Assembly (NCBI GenBank): GCA_963664625.1
Contig: OY761541.1
Span: 1,410,204-1,474,203 of the forward strand
From: Dehalococcoidia bacterium
GTDB lineage: Bacteria > Chloroflexota > Dehalococcoidia > Lucifugimonadales > UBA3495
Reading direction: 5' to 3'
DNA length: 64,000 nt
The notes below the pieces were generated by a model. It was not told the DNA's origin, did not search any database, and worked only from the letters and a program-made list of their open reading frames with translations. This document shows positions 28,625 through 37,041 of the stretch, piece after piece (the first letter of the stretch is position 1; every line of letters begins with the position of its first letter). A program made the translations under genes and the position numbers.

Positions 28625-29266
28625 CTACCTCAACTGCCCGGCGAAAAACTTCACCACTTCCGGCACTAGTTGGTCTTCGTACCGTGCCCAGAAGTGGTCC
28701 GCTCCCGGCACGATGTGGCATTCGGGAGGCTGGGAGAAGGAGTCCAGGATCGAGGGCAGGTTTTCCGACTGCACCAGCTTGTCCCGGTCGCCGGAAATGA
28801 CGAACATCGGTTGTTTCCCCTTACGCAGCGCGGTGCTTTCCAAGGCCCGCGCCGGGGGAGAAATGAAGCCAAAAGCCTTCACCTTCTTATGTAAACTGGC
28901 ATTGCCCAGGATGACCGACGTTCCGAAAGAGTACCCGGCCAACCCGATTCTCTTGCCGTCCACGCCGGGCCATGCTTTCAGCAGGTCCAAAGCCCCCAGA
29001 ACTTCCTGGCTCTCGAACTCCCCCTTGGAGTGCTCCCCTTCGCTGTTTCCGACTCCCCGGAAGTTGAAGCGGACGGTCACGAACCCGGCCTCCACCAAGC
29101 CAAAGGCCACCGACAGCACCACGTTGTTGTCCATGCTTCCGCCGAACAGGGGATGCGGATGGCAGATAACAACCCCCGGGAACGGCCCCTCAACGCCCGT
29201 CGGCTGGGCCACTACCCCCTCGAAGGTCAGTCCCTTGGTCTCGAACGATACTGCGCTCTGTCGCAT
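28625..29266 (-). CDS. alpha/beta hydrolase (COG2945-like)
   Basis: VVICHPHPLFGGSMDNNVV and the nucleophile elbow GYSFGT. Confidence 0.7.
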   Translation of the reverse strand: MRQSAVSFETKGLTFEGVVAQPTGVEGPFPGVVICHPHPLFGGSMDNNVVLSVAFGLVEAGFVTVRFNFRGVGNSEGEHSKGEFESQEVLGALDLLKAWPGVDGKRIGLAGYSFGTSVILGNASLHKKVKAFGFISPPARALESTALRKGKQPMFVISGDRDKLVQSENLPSILDSFSQPPECHIVPGADHFWARYEDQLVPEVVKFFAGQLR

Positions 29267-29370
29267 AGCTCCAGCCTCCTGTTTCCTGGTTCCATCTTAG
29301 GAGAGCGCCCAACGTTTGGCAAGGCGGCCCAACCACCGGCAGGCCTATGACACTTTGATGGGTCACGACT

Positions 29371-29440
29371 GTAGGGGCAGGGCTTGTCCCTGCCCTGTGC
29401 CCGGCCAGCCAGCCAGAGCAACCACAAGGGTTGCCCCTAC
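29371..29440 (+). repeat. REP-B composite hairpin element
   Basis: GTAGGGGCAgggcttgtccctgccc...gcaaccacaagggTTGCCCCTAC. Confidence 0.8.
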
Positions 29441-29497
29441 AACCCGGCATCGAATATTGCTAGAATACCCCCTAACCTACCCGTAACAGGAGCTTCC

Positions 29498-30550
29498 ATG
29501 TCGGTAATAGACCTGCGCAGCGACACCATCACTCAACCCACCGAAGAGATGCGCCAAGCCATGGCCAGGGCCGAGGTTGGCGACGACGTTTACCACGAAG
29601 ACCCCTCCATCAACCGGTTGGAGCAACGGGCCGCGGAAATCCTCGGCAAAGAGGCGGGCCTGCTCACCGCCAGCGGCACCATGAGCAACCTGATCGCCAC
29701 CCTGGCCTATTGCCACCGGGGCGACGAGATTGTCATGGGCGATCAGGCTCACATGTTCTGGAACGAGTCCGCCGGCGCGTCGGCCCTCGCCGGCGCCCAG
29801 ATCCGCTTGGTGCCCAACGACGACCAAGGCCGCATCGACCCCGCCGACCTGGAGGCCGCCATCCGCCCGCCGGGCAACATTCACTTCCCCACCACCACTA
29901 TGGTCTGCCTCGAAAACACCCACAACCGTTGCAGCGGTGGCGTCCTGACCCCCGACGACACCGCCAGGGTGGCTGAGGTTGCCCACGCCGCCGGCGCCAG
30001 CGTCCATCTCGACGGCGCACGTATCTTCAACGCCGCCGTCTCCCTGGAAGTCCCGGCCAGCGAACTGGTCAAGGACGTGGACGACGTCAGCTTCTGCCTT
30101 TCCAAGGCCCTCAGTTGCCCCGTAGGCTCCGTGCTGTGCGGCACCCAGGAGTTTGTCGACGAGGCCCGCCGGTGGCGCAAGATGGTCGGCGGAGGCATGA
30201 GGCAGGCCGGCGTCCTGGCCGCCGCGGGACTGGTGGCCCTCGACACCATGATCGACCGCTTGGCCGACGACCACGCCAACGCCCGCAGGCTGTCCCAGGG
30301 CCTCGCCAACATCGACGGCCTGAGCCTGGACCCCGACACCATGCACTCCAACATCGTCATCTTCGACGTAGACCCCTCCGTCGGCTCCGCCGCCGACCTC
30401 ATCGCAGCCCTGGACCGCAACGACGTAAAAGTCTCCTCCCCCGGCCCCCAGTCCATCCGCATGGTAACCCACCGCCACATAACCGGCGAAGACGTGGAGG
30501 AGGCCCTGTCCCGCACGTCCAGGGCGGTGGGGGAGTTGAGGGGGCGGTAG
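29498..30550 (+). CDS. ltaE: low-specificity L-threonine aldolase
   Basis: IDLRSDTITQPTEEMRQAM...VGDDVYHEDPSINRLE...SGTMSNLIA is the beta-eliminating lyase/threonine aldolase pattern. Start at ATG 29498 after aacaggag. Confidence 0.8.
   Translation: MSVIDLRSDTITQPTEEMRQAMARAEVGDDVYHEDPSINRLEQRAAEILGKEAGLLTASGTMSNLIATLAYCHRGDEIVMGDQAHMFWNESAGASALAGAQIRLVPNDDQGRIDPADLEAAIRPPGNIHFPTTTMVCLENTHNRCSGGVLTPDDTARVAEVAHAAGASVHLDGARIFNAAVSLEVPASELVKDVDDVSFCLSKALSCPVGSVLCGTQEFVDEARRWRKMVGGGMRQAGVLAAAGLVALDTMIDRLADDHANARRLSQGLANIDGLSLDPDTMHSNIVIFDVDPSVGSAADLIAALDRNDVKVSSPGPQSIRMVTHRHITGEDVEEALSRTSRAVGELRGR
30452..30550 (+). repeat. direct repeat copy 1 (the native 3' end of ltaE)
   Basis: ~99 bp that recur at 32334-32432 with roughly nine mismatches by eye. 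Confidence 0.85.
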
Positions 30551-30704
30551 GACAATTTGTCTGGAGGGGCGGCGTGCCCTTCCAGACCATTCCCAATGGT
30601 CTCGTCGGTGACCGCAATGATAGAGATAGAGGCTTCATGGCTAATGATTGGCGCAGACTTACAATGTCCATACATCCCCATCTTTATTGTGACAGGAGAG
30701 GCTG

Positions 30705-31850
30705 ATGCCACGTAAACAACTTCGTCGGTCTCCCCATGACGAAGCAATATCAATAGTCGAAAAATTCTCAACGGAAAATCTAGGTGGACGCCTCGAAGCC
30801 TCAGCGGATTGCAATCAATGTAGGGAAAAGCTCACGATCAATTTGGTCGAGGGAGCTTCCAGCATGAGCAGGGAAAAGTTCGTCGGAACAGTGCGCCCGG
30901 ACATCAGCATGTTCGACGAGAACGGGAATCCTGTCAGGTTCATAGAAATCGTAGACAGTCATTCGCCTGAAGAGAATGTCCATGACTACGCCGTGGAAAA
31001 TGACATCGAAGTCGTTGAGTTTCATCTAAGAGCAAAAAGAGAATTCACAGGTAGAAGAAGGAACAGGGCTTTGGATGCGTCCTTGACAGTCAAGGCAAGG
31101 CTACAGGAACTCGCCCATGGCAGACTCCTGATAGATGCTCACAATATCCTTTGTCGAAGACCCAAATGTGGGGAGTGCAGAACTCCACTACCGCTCAGAA
31201 CAGTCACGGTGAGAACTACTGACTGCTGGAAATGTGGCCAACACGTCAATGTTGCTACTGGGGATATAGACGAAGAAGGCCTTACGCAAGATTATTTCAC
31301 GACGGATGAAATCGCATTCGCTCAGGAGAATGGGGTGACCTTAGAACGACGGTACAGCGCCACCGCTGGGGGGAAATATCTAGCCAACATTTGTACAAAG
31401 TGCGACCAAATTCAGGGAAATTGGTTCCTGTACATGGATCCGTTTCACGATAGGTTCATGCTCGAAAAGGCCACTAGACAAGCGTACGGACCTTGTGAAC
31501 AGTGTGCCACCCGTTATTGCCTGACTCATGGAGAATACGTCGATTACAGAAATACCAACCAATGCCCTGCCTGCTTGGAGGAAGCGGAAAGGGTCATGTG
31601 CCCGAACAACCCAGACAGAGAATGTTTCTATCCTCAAAGGTGCGAAGAGGGTGGCTGTTACTTTCTGAACCGGGAACAACGGCAAAAAGAGGAACTAGAG
31701 CGGTTGGAACGCCAGCGGGAACAATGGGAACAACAGCAACAACAGCAACGCGAGGAACGACATCAGAGGGAGCAAAAGCAAAGAGAACAGCGCAAGAACG
31801 AATGGGCGGCGTTTCAGGAATGGTTCAACCAACAGCGGACAAAGCCCTGA
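30705..31850 (+). CDS. multi-zinc-ribbon protein with CoiA/PD-(D/E)xK-like N-terminus and a Q/E/R-rich tail
   Basis: 381 aa with [23 protein letters not shown] (nuclease-like core) and at least four CxxC...CxxC pairs. The C-terminal tail is [36 protein letters not shown]. No family recognised. Confidence 0.5.
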   Translation: MPRKQLRRSPHDEAISIVEKFSTENLGGRLEASADCNQCREKLTINLVEGASSMSREKFVGTVRPDISMFDENGNPVRFIEIVDSHSPEENVHDYAVENDIEVVEFHLRAKREFTGRRRNRALDASLTVKARLQELAHGRLLIDAHNILCRRPKCGECRTPLPLRTVTVRTTDCWKCGQHVNVATGDIDEEGLTQDYFTTDEIAFAQENGVTLERRYSATAGGKYLANICTKCDQIQGNWFLYMDPFHDRFMLEKATRQAYGPCEQCATRYCLTHGEYVDYRNTNQCPACLEEAERVMCPNNPDRECFYPQRCEEGGCYFLNREQRQKEELERLERQREQWEQQQQQQREERHQREQKQREQRKNEWAAFQEWFNQQRTKP

Positions 31851-31999
31851 AGCAGCCTTTGAGAGGGCGATACCAGAGCCAAGGTCTCCAATCCGGGCTT
31901 GGCACCATACTAACTGTACCTCCTCGTCAAGCCTCTAACGCTAACCCTTACCAATGTATCCATACAAGAGAAGCAAGTTTGACCTCGCACACTATCAAC

Positions 32000-32299
32000 A
32001 TGCAACCACCCATGACCCCCGGCGAAATCCTCCTCGAAGATTACCTCAAGCCCATGGGAATCTCGCAGAACGCCATGGCCCGCGCCATAGGGGTTGCCCC
32101 ACGGGCAATTAACGAAATTGTGCATGGAAGGCGTTCCATCACACCAGCTATGTCAATCCGCTTTGGCGCTTTCTTCGGGCAGTCGGACCAGTTCTGGCAC
32201 GGCATCCAAGTCGAATGCGACTTTCGACGCCTGACTCCCAACAAACAAAACCTCATCTCCGGCATCACCCCCGCTGCATCCCTGACCCGCACTCCCTGA
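32000..32299 (+). CDS. higA: HigA-family XRE antitoxin (orphan)
   Basis: [62 protein letters not shown] is the HigA/VapI pattern. No higB-sized ORF lies upstream. Confidence 0.75.
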   Translation: MQPPMTPGEILLEDYLKPMGISQNAMARAIGVAPRAINEIVHGRRSITPAMSIRFGAFFGQSDQFWHGIQVECDFRRLTPNKQNLISGITPAASLTRTP

Positions 32300-32333
32300 T
32301 CCCGATTTGGTCGTAACATTCCCCAGTTCTCAA

Positions 32334-32432
32334 TCCATCCGCATGGTAACCCACCGCCACATAACCGGCGAAGACGTAGAAGAGGCCCTGTCCTGCACCT
32401 CCAGGGCGGTTGAGGAGTTGAAGGGGCGATAG
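32334..32432 (+). repeat. direct repeat copy 2 (displaced ltaE 3'-end duplicate)
   Basis: Would encode SIRMVTHRHITGEDVEEALSCTSRAVEELKGR*, compared with SIRMVTHRHITGEDVEEALSRTSRAVGELRGR* in ltaE. Confidence 0.85.
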
Positions 32433-32467
32433 GAAGAACAACAAGCGGGCTCAGTTGACGTCGAATG

Positions 32468-33061
32468 TCACATCCGCCACTGCTGGAAGTGATCGCTGAG
32501 GTTATCCAGAAAATGTCGAAGTGACCGGTCCAATTGTTTGGCTCGCTCGATGTCCATTTCCCGCACTATGTCTTCCGCAAATTCGATTCCGCCAAGACTG
32601 GGTGTAATGCCCGCGTCACGGATGGCTTCTATAAGGCGTTGCTTGTAAAGATGGCGGTCGCATTTCTGCTCCGGTGCATCGCATCCCCTGCCAAATACTT
32701 TTCTGAATGCGGCGCCATCGAGCAGCAACCAGCGTTCGATATGAGGGTCTGGAACGGCGGACACCATCGGAGGCAAAATGGCCGGCTTGTTCAAGTCGAT
32801 GATTTCCTTGGTCCGGTCGTTCAAGCCCCTGCAATTGGCGTCTGTAGCAGCAATAATCAAGTCGGGCAACGGGCCGCCTTGTCTTGCCAAGTCACGCAGA
32901 TAAGTTTGGAGTTCTTGGACCACTCTCCCATGTCCGCGTACCGCGCTCCTCCAGCTTAACCGCACTTCGGTTTCAAATTCTTCGGCAGTGCGTTGTACAA
33001 GCCCTCCGATCACTTGCTGATGCGCATAATCTTCCACGAACAGGGCAATCTCACGCATCAA
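32468..33061 (-). CDS. DUF4276/TOPRIM-like small protein (partner of the ATPase)
   Basis: 197 aa with N-terminal IALFVEDYAH (conserved acidic strand) and LIIAATDANCRG (DxD-like position). Its start overlaps the ATPase stop by 11 nt. The family name is from memory. Confidence 0.45.
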   Translation of the reverse strand: MMREIALFVEDYAHQQVIGGLVQRTAEEFETEVRLSWRSAVRGHGRVVQELQTYLRDLARQGGPLPDLIIAATDANCRGLNDRTKEIIDLNKPAILPPMVSAVPDPHIERWLLLDGAAFRKVFGRGCDAPEQKCDRHLYKQRLIEAIRDAGITPSLGGIEFAEDIVREMDIERAKQLDRSLRHFLDNLSDHFQQWRM

Positions 33062-34361
33062 AGTCCCCTCTCAGGATACGCTCTGATACGGGAAGCTGTT
33101 CCTGAGTGTCATTGAGCGCGTGGGGGATGTCGCCCCCACGCCACAACGCTCCCCAAGTCGTGAACGGGCTGATTTGAGTGCAACGGCCGCTTCGGACAAC
33201 TGGGAATAGAGAATCGTTCGGCAGCATATCAGGCAGAATTGGGGAGTGAGTAGTGACAATGTACTGAGTCGGGCCGATGCCAGAACGTGTTTTCAGCAGT
33301 TCGGCGATCAACTGGATTCGGCGGGGGTGAACTCCGTTTTCCGGCTCCTCAAATCCCACCAGCGATGGGGGGTTTGCAGCGCCAGTGAGGGCCAGAAGTC
33401 CCAGCATACGCAGCGTACCTTCGGACAACACCCTGGAAGGAATGGCGACCCCGTTCTCCTTGAGCCGAAGCTCTACTTCACCTATATCGCTCACGTCCAC
33501 TTCTATGCCGTCGACGTTCGGCATCACGGTGTGGAGAGCCTTTTCTACGGCTTTGAACTGATTCGGTTCCAGTGCTTTGAGAGTATTGAGATAAGCCGCA
33601 AGCTCTTCACCCATTAGTCCTATGTGGCGAACTTCCTTGATGGGGTTGGCTGCTCGCATACGCTCTCTCGGCTCGAAGTAAAAGAACAACCAACTCTCCA
33701 ATTCACGCCGCGCCGCTGTCAAATGGGGATAATGCGGCGGATAGTGCGGCATTGAAAGAATTGTGCGGTCAAGGTAACGGTCATATTGGGTAGGGTGTGC
33801 TTGCCCTTCCAACCGCAGGTGAATCTTTTCTCCCTGCCGCTCCAGGAATGGTTTCCGCTTGCCGGTGGGTTCTCCTATGGAGTTAAGGGCCGCCAAGTAT
33901 TCATCGGTCATGCGCAGAAACCCTGATCTGGGCAGCATCTCGATCTCTACACGATAGCGCAGACTCCTTTCCCGGACCCGTGCGGAACTGGCGCCGGTAG
34001 ATTCCGCGCCCCCACCGCCGCTGGGCCGGCGCATTTCCTGTATTTGCCGGTTTACGGCATTAACGACCGTGTCCGAAAGATGCAGGTCGGCCTCGATGGA
34101 AAAGACCAACCTCTCCTGTTCCAGCGAACCTTTCAGTCCCATTTCGCCAAGGGTGAAAGATTCCAAGGGTTTACCTCGATACGGTGGATCGAAAGCCTCG
34201 TTTAATGTTTGGCTGGTCGCTAGTTTCGACAACAACTGGAGACAATCAAGGAAATTGCTTTTGCCAGCGGAGTTAGGCCCGAAAAGCAGGGTAAGCGGTG
34301 AAAGCTTCACCTCAACATCGCAAAGGGACTTGTAGCCTTTGATGTGAACTCGGTCTAACAT
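33051..34361 (-). CDS. ABC/SMC-type AAA_15/21-like ATPase
   Basis: Walker A FGPNSAGKSN, signature LSEGTLRMLGL, Walker B LVGFEEPENGVHP and H-loop VTTHSP, with a long insertion between the A and B motifs. Confidence 0.75.
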   Translation of the reverse strand: MLDRVHIKGYKSLCDVEVKLSPLTLLFGPNSAGKSNFLDCLQLLSKLATSQTLNEAFDPPYRGKPLESFTLGEMGLKGSLEQERLVFSIEADLHLSDTVVNAVNRQIQEMRRPSGGGGAESTGASSARVRERSLRYRVEIEMLPRSGFLRMTDEYLAALNSIGEPTGKRKPFLERQGEKIHLRLEGQAHPTQYDRYLDRTILSMPHYPPHYPHLTAARRELESWLFFYFEPRERMRAANPIKEVRHIGLMGEELAAYLNTLKALEPNQFKAVEKALHTVMPNVDGIEVDVSDIGEVELRLKENGVAIPSRVLSEGTLRMLGLLALTGAANPPSLVGFEEPENGVHPRRIQLIAELLKTRSGIGPTQYIVTTHSPILPDMLPNDSLFPVVRSGRCTQISPFTTWGALWRGGDIPHALNDTQEQLPVSERILRGDFDA

Positions 34362-34702
34362 GTCGAGTCTCCCACCCGCTAGGCGTCAGGGAAAGAACGG
34401 TGCTTTCTCCTGGATAGTTAAGCAGGTTCTGATAACCAACCAAATGGTACGATGCACCACAAAATTTGTGAAGTGCAAGCACCTTGCCGACAAACAAAAC
34501 CTCATCCCCGGTCCCCGGATGTAACAAGCCGGTATCCTGTCCCTGTACCCCTCTATGACACTTGCCCCTTTCCAACTCCGATAATGCTGCCGTACCATAC
34601 TACCTGCCCAACGTAACCCCCAACCGGTTGGCATTAGTCCCGCCTCCCAATGGGAGGCAATGGGAGGAAACCGGATGTACAATGGTCAACGGAGAAACCA
34701 CT

Positions 34703-35416
34703 ATGACCACGCCCATCAACACCTTCCAGGACATTCTGGACGCCTTGGAGCGCGACCCCGCGCTCAGGGACGCTCTGCGCCGTCACATCCTCAGCGAAGA
34801 GCTGCTCCAGTTGCCGGCGGCATTCGCAGCATTCGTTGAGGCCCAGAGAAACTTCAATGAGCGGGTAGATGCGTTCATAGAAACGCAGACACGATGGAAT
34901 GAACGGGTGGATACGTTCATAGAAACGCAGACCAGGTGGAACCAAGAGCAGACCAGGTGGAACGTAAACACTGAAGCCCGGATGGGCCGGATGGAAAGCG
35001 ATATGAGCAGCCTGAAGGGATACTACGCCAGGTCCCACACAATCCAGGACGCACCAGGCATAGCCGCTGACATGGGGCTGGAGTACGTCCGCACACTCAC
35101 CAACGACGATCTGCGGCGGATGGCAGGCAACAGCCTGCCCAGGGACACGGCCCGCAGCTTCCGCAACGCGGACTTGGTCATCGAGGCGACCGACGGGGAC
35201 GAGACCCGCTACATCGCTATGGAAATCTCCTTCACCGCCGATCGAAGAGAGGTGGACCGGGCGCTGCGGAACGCCAACCTTATCAGCCTGTTCACCGGCA
35301 AGACGGCGCTGCCCGCAGTGGCCAGCGTCAGAAACGACCACGACATCCAAGCAGACCTGGACGCGGGAATAGTGTACTGGCACCCGCTGGAAGACCGGAC
35401 TCCGGCGGTCAGCTAG
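34703..35416 (+). CDS. coiled-coil protein with C-terminal nuclease-like domain (paralogue of 48573-49292)
   Basis: Colinear with 48573-49292: NTFQDILDALERDPALRD ~ NTVIARIIEELNANPELK, and ADLVIEA..YIAMEISFTADRREVDRALRNA ~ ADYVLYG..AAVVEVSITIDRHDVDRAAERA. Start chosen at ATG 34703. Confidence 0.55.
   Translation: MTTPINTFQDILDALERDPALRDALRRHILSEELLQLPAAFAAFVEAQRNFNERVDAFIETQTRWNERVDTFIETQTRWNQEQTRWNVNTEARMGRMESDMSSLKGYYARSHTIQDAPGIAADMGLEYVRTLTNDDLRRMAGNSLPRDTARSFRNADLVIEATDGDETRYIAMEISFTADRREVDRALRNANLISLFTGKTALPAVASVRNDHDIQADLDAGIVYWHPLEDRTPAVS
34859..34942 (+). repeat. 2 x 42-bp tandem repeat in the coiled-coil gene
   Basis: Encodes ERVDAFIETQTRWN / ERVDTFIETQTRWN, followed by a partial third unit. 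Confidence 0.8.
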
Positions 35417-35547
35417 GTCCCAAAGAACACTTCACCCCGGAGATTTTTAGACAGCCTGGCGCCGCCAGTGTCCCCACTGTCAAAGCTGAATGTCAGGAAA
35501 TGTCCGCAAATGTCCGGCGTTTCAAAATTTAACGGGTTGGAAAAGGA

Positions 35548-35817
35548 ATGCTTATGACAATCAGGAAGGAAGACGTCTCGGCCGCAGGCCGTGCTATATA
35601 CGATCAACTACGTGAACGGCTGGAAGAGTCGGAAAATGGAAATTTCATAGCCATAGACCCAGTCAGCGGCGATTACGAGATAGACGCCAACCCTACTGCC
35701 GCATGGAGACGCTTGGAGGCGCGCCATCCAGGAGTGGAATCGTACACGAGGCGCATCGGCCAGCGCGACCAATATCGAATGGTGAGCATCAGGCTACCCC
35801 ACCGAACAAATGATTAG
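35548..35817 (+). CDS. small protein upstream of and overlapping the clan-AA protease gene
   Basis: 89-aa ORF whose stop overlaps the protease ATG by 8 nt. No motif recognised. Confidence 0.5.
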   Translation: MLMTIRKEDVSAAGRAIYDQLRERLEESENGNFIAIDPVSGDYEIDANPTAAWRRLEARHPGVESYTRRIGQRDQYRMVSIRLPHRTND

Positions 35818-36178
35818 AGGGAGAGTCACTGCGGAACTGAATCCGCTGGTCACTATCGAGATTGCCGATGGCAATGGGGCTTTTCGTCCACTGGATGTCC
35901 TTCTTGATACGGGGTTTGATGGCGAACTGGCATTGCCTTCAGACGTGATTGGGTCTCTGGGCATACCCCATAGAGCAGAAGTCGGGCTTGTCTTGGCCAA
36001 CAGTCAACGCATCCAAGCTTATACATACGGAGGTATGGTGTCGTGGCACGCCCAGCAACGAGAAGTAGAGATCGTCGAAACTGCTGGGGAACCATTGCTG
36101 GGAATGGCTTTGCTCTTGGGTAGCAGGGTCTCAATGGACGTGCGCATAGGCGGCGAAGTGTTGATAGAACCAGCGTAA
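35810..36178 (+). CDS. clan AA (retropepsin-like) aspartic protease, AF_0612-type
   Basis: VLLDTGFDGELALP carries the DTG active-site motif. The 122-aa size and layout match the bacterial/archaeal retropepsin-like family. Confidence 0.7.
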   Translation: MIRGRVTAELNPLVTIEIADGNGAFRPLDVLLDTGFDGELALPSDVIGSLGIPHRAEVGLVLANSQRIQAYTYGGMVSWHAQQREVEIVETAGEPLLGMALLLGSRVSMDVRIGGEVLIEPA

Positions 36179-36212
36179 TAATGAGAAATACCGGCTTCAT
36201 GGCACAGTTTAC

Positions 36213-36241
36213 ATGGGCCCGCGGTCGCCCGCGAGGCCCAT
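36213..36241. terminator. GC-rich hairpin between convergent genes
   Basis: atgggcccgcg-gtcgcc-cgcgaggcccat, with a weak T-tract. Confidence 0.3.
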
Positions 36242-36265
36242 CATTTATGTGTAGACGGCCCGCCT

Positions 36266-36922
36266 TCAGATGCCGTTGTCCCACCCGTCCACGGCGCAGA
36301 CTTCAGCCAGCGGCTTGCGCGTCACCGGGCCGAAGGCGCCCCGGGGGTAGCCCAAAGGCATACAGTAGACTACTTGGGCGGTGTCGGGGATGCCGAACAA
36401 CTCGTGGACCCTCTCTTCCACCACCGGGTGCAGGGTGGCAATGGTGCCGCCCACGCCGAAGGCTCGGGCCGCCAGCAGCATGTTCTGGGCCGACGGGATG
36501 ACCGACCCCGCCGCTTGCGCGCCCTTGCTGGTGGCGCACAGCAGCACCATCACCGGCGCGTTGCCGATCTCGTTGGCCAGCCGCATCGCCGAGCGCATGG
36601 TGTTCTTCCCCGGCGGAATGTCCTCCGGGCCGTTGATCCCCGCGTCCTTCCGCTTGGCCCACCACGCCTCGTGGTATAACTCCCCCAGCTTCTGCCTCAT
36701 CTCGGCATCCTTGACGATGATGAAGCGCCAAGGCTGGGCGTTGCCGCCGTTGGGAGCGCGGATGGTGGCCTCCATGATGTCCCGCATCACCTCTTCGGGA
36801 ATGGGGTCGGGCTTGAAGCGGCGTATGGCACGCTGCGTAAATAAGGCTTCACCCAAGGGAATAGTGTTGAGACGTTCCGCGGTTGTCACTTCCTCTTCCT
36901 CCTGTGGCCGCCGGTCTGGCAC
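36266..36922 (-). CDS. nitroreductase family protein
   Basis: FTQRAIRRFKPDPIPEEVMRDIMEATIRAPNGGNAQPWRFIIV is a classic nitroreductase N-terminus. Confidence 0.8.
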   Translation of the reverse strand: MPDRRPQEEEEVTTAERLNTIPLGEALFTQRAIRRFKPDPIPEEVMRDIMEATIRAPNGGNAQPWRFIIVKDAEMRQKLGELYHEAWWAKRKDAGINGPEDIPPGKNTMRSAMRLANEIGNAPVMVLLCATSKGAQAAGSVIPSAQNMLLAARAFGVGGTIATLHPVVEERVHELFGIPDTAQVVYCMPLGYPRGAFGPVTRKPLAEVCAVDGWDNGI

Positions 36923-37041
36923 TCCGGTCCCGGCTAGGCCATTGATGTCATGGACCCGGTTTCGCGGGCATCCCGAATATTACCACAGTAGCTGATATAA
37001 TACGGCACGACTCACCAGTCTCCCCAGCCACGGAGGGAACC

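Noticed and set aside
31502-31999. A 265-aa ORF fusing upstream sequence to higA.
   Set aside because: Only the last 99 codons (from ATG 32000) match HigA. The upstream part overlaps the 3' end of the zinc-ribbon gene in another frame and is Arg/Gly/Thr-rich noise.
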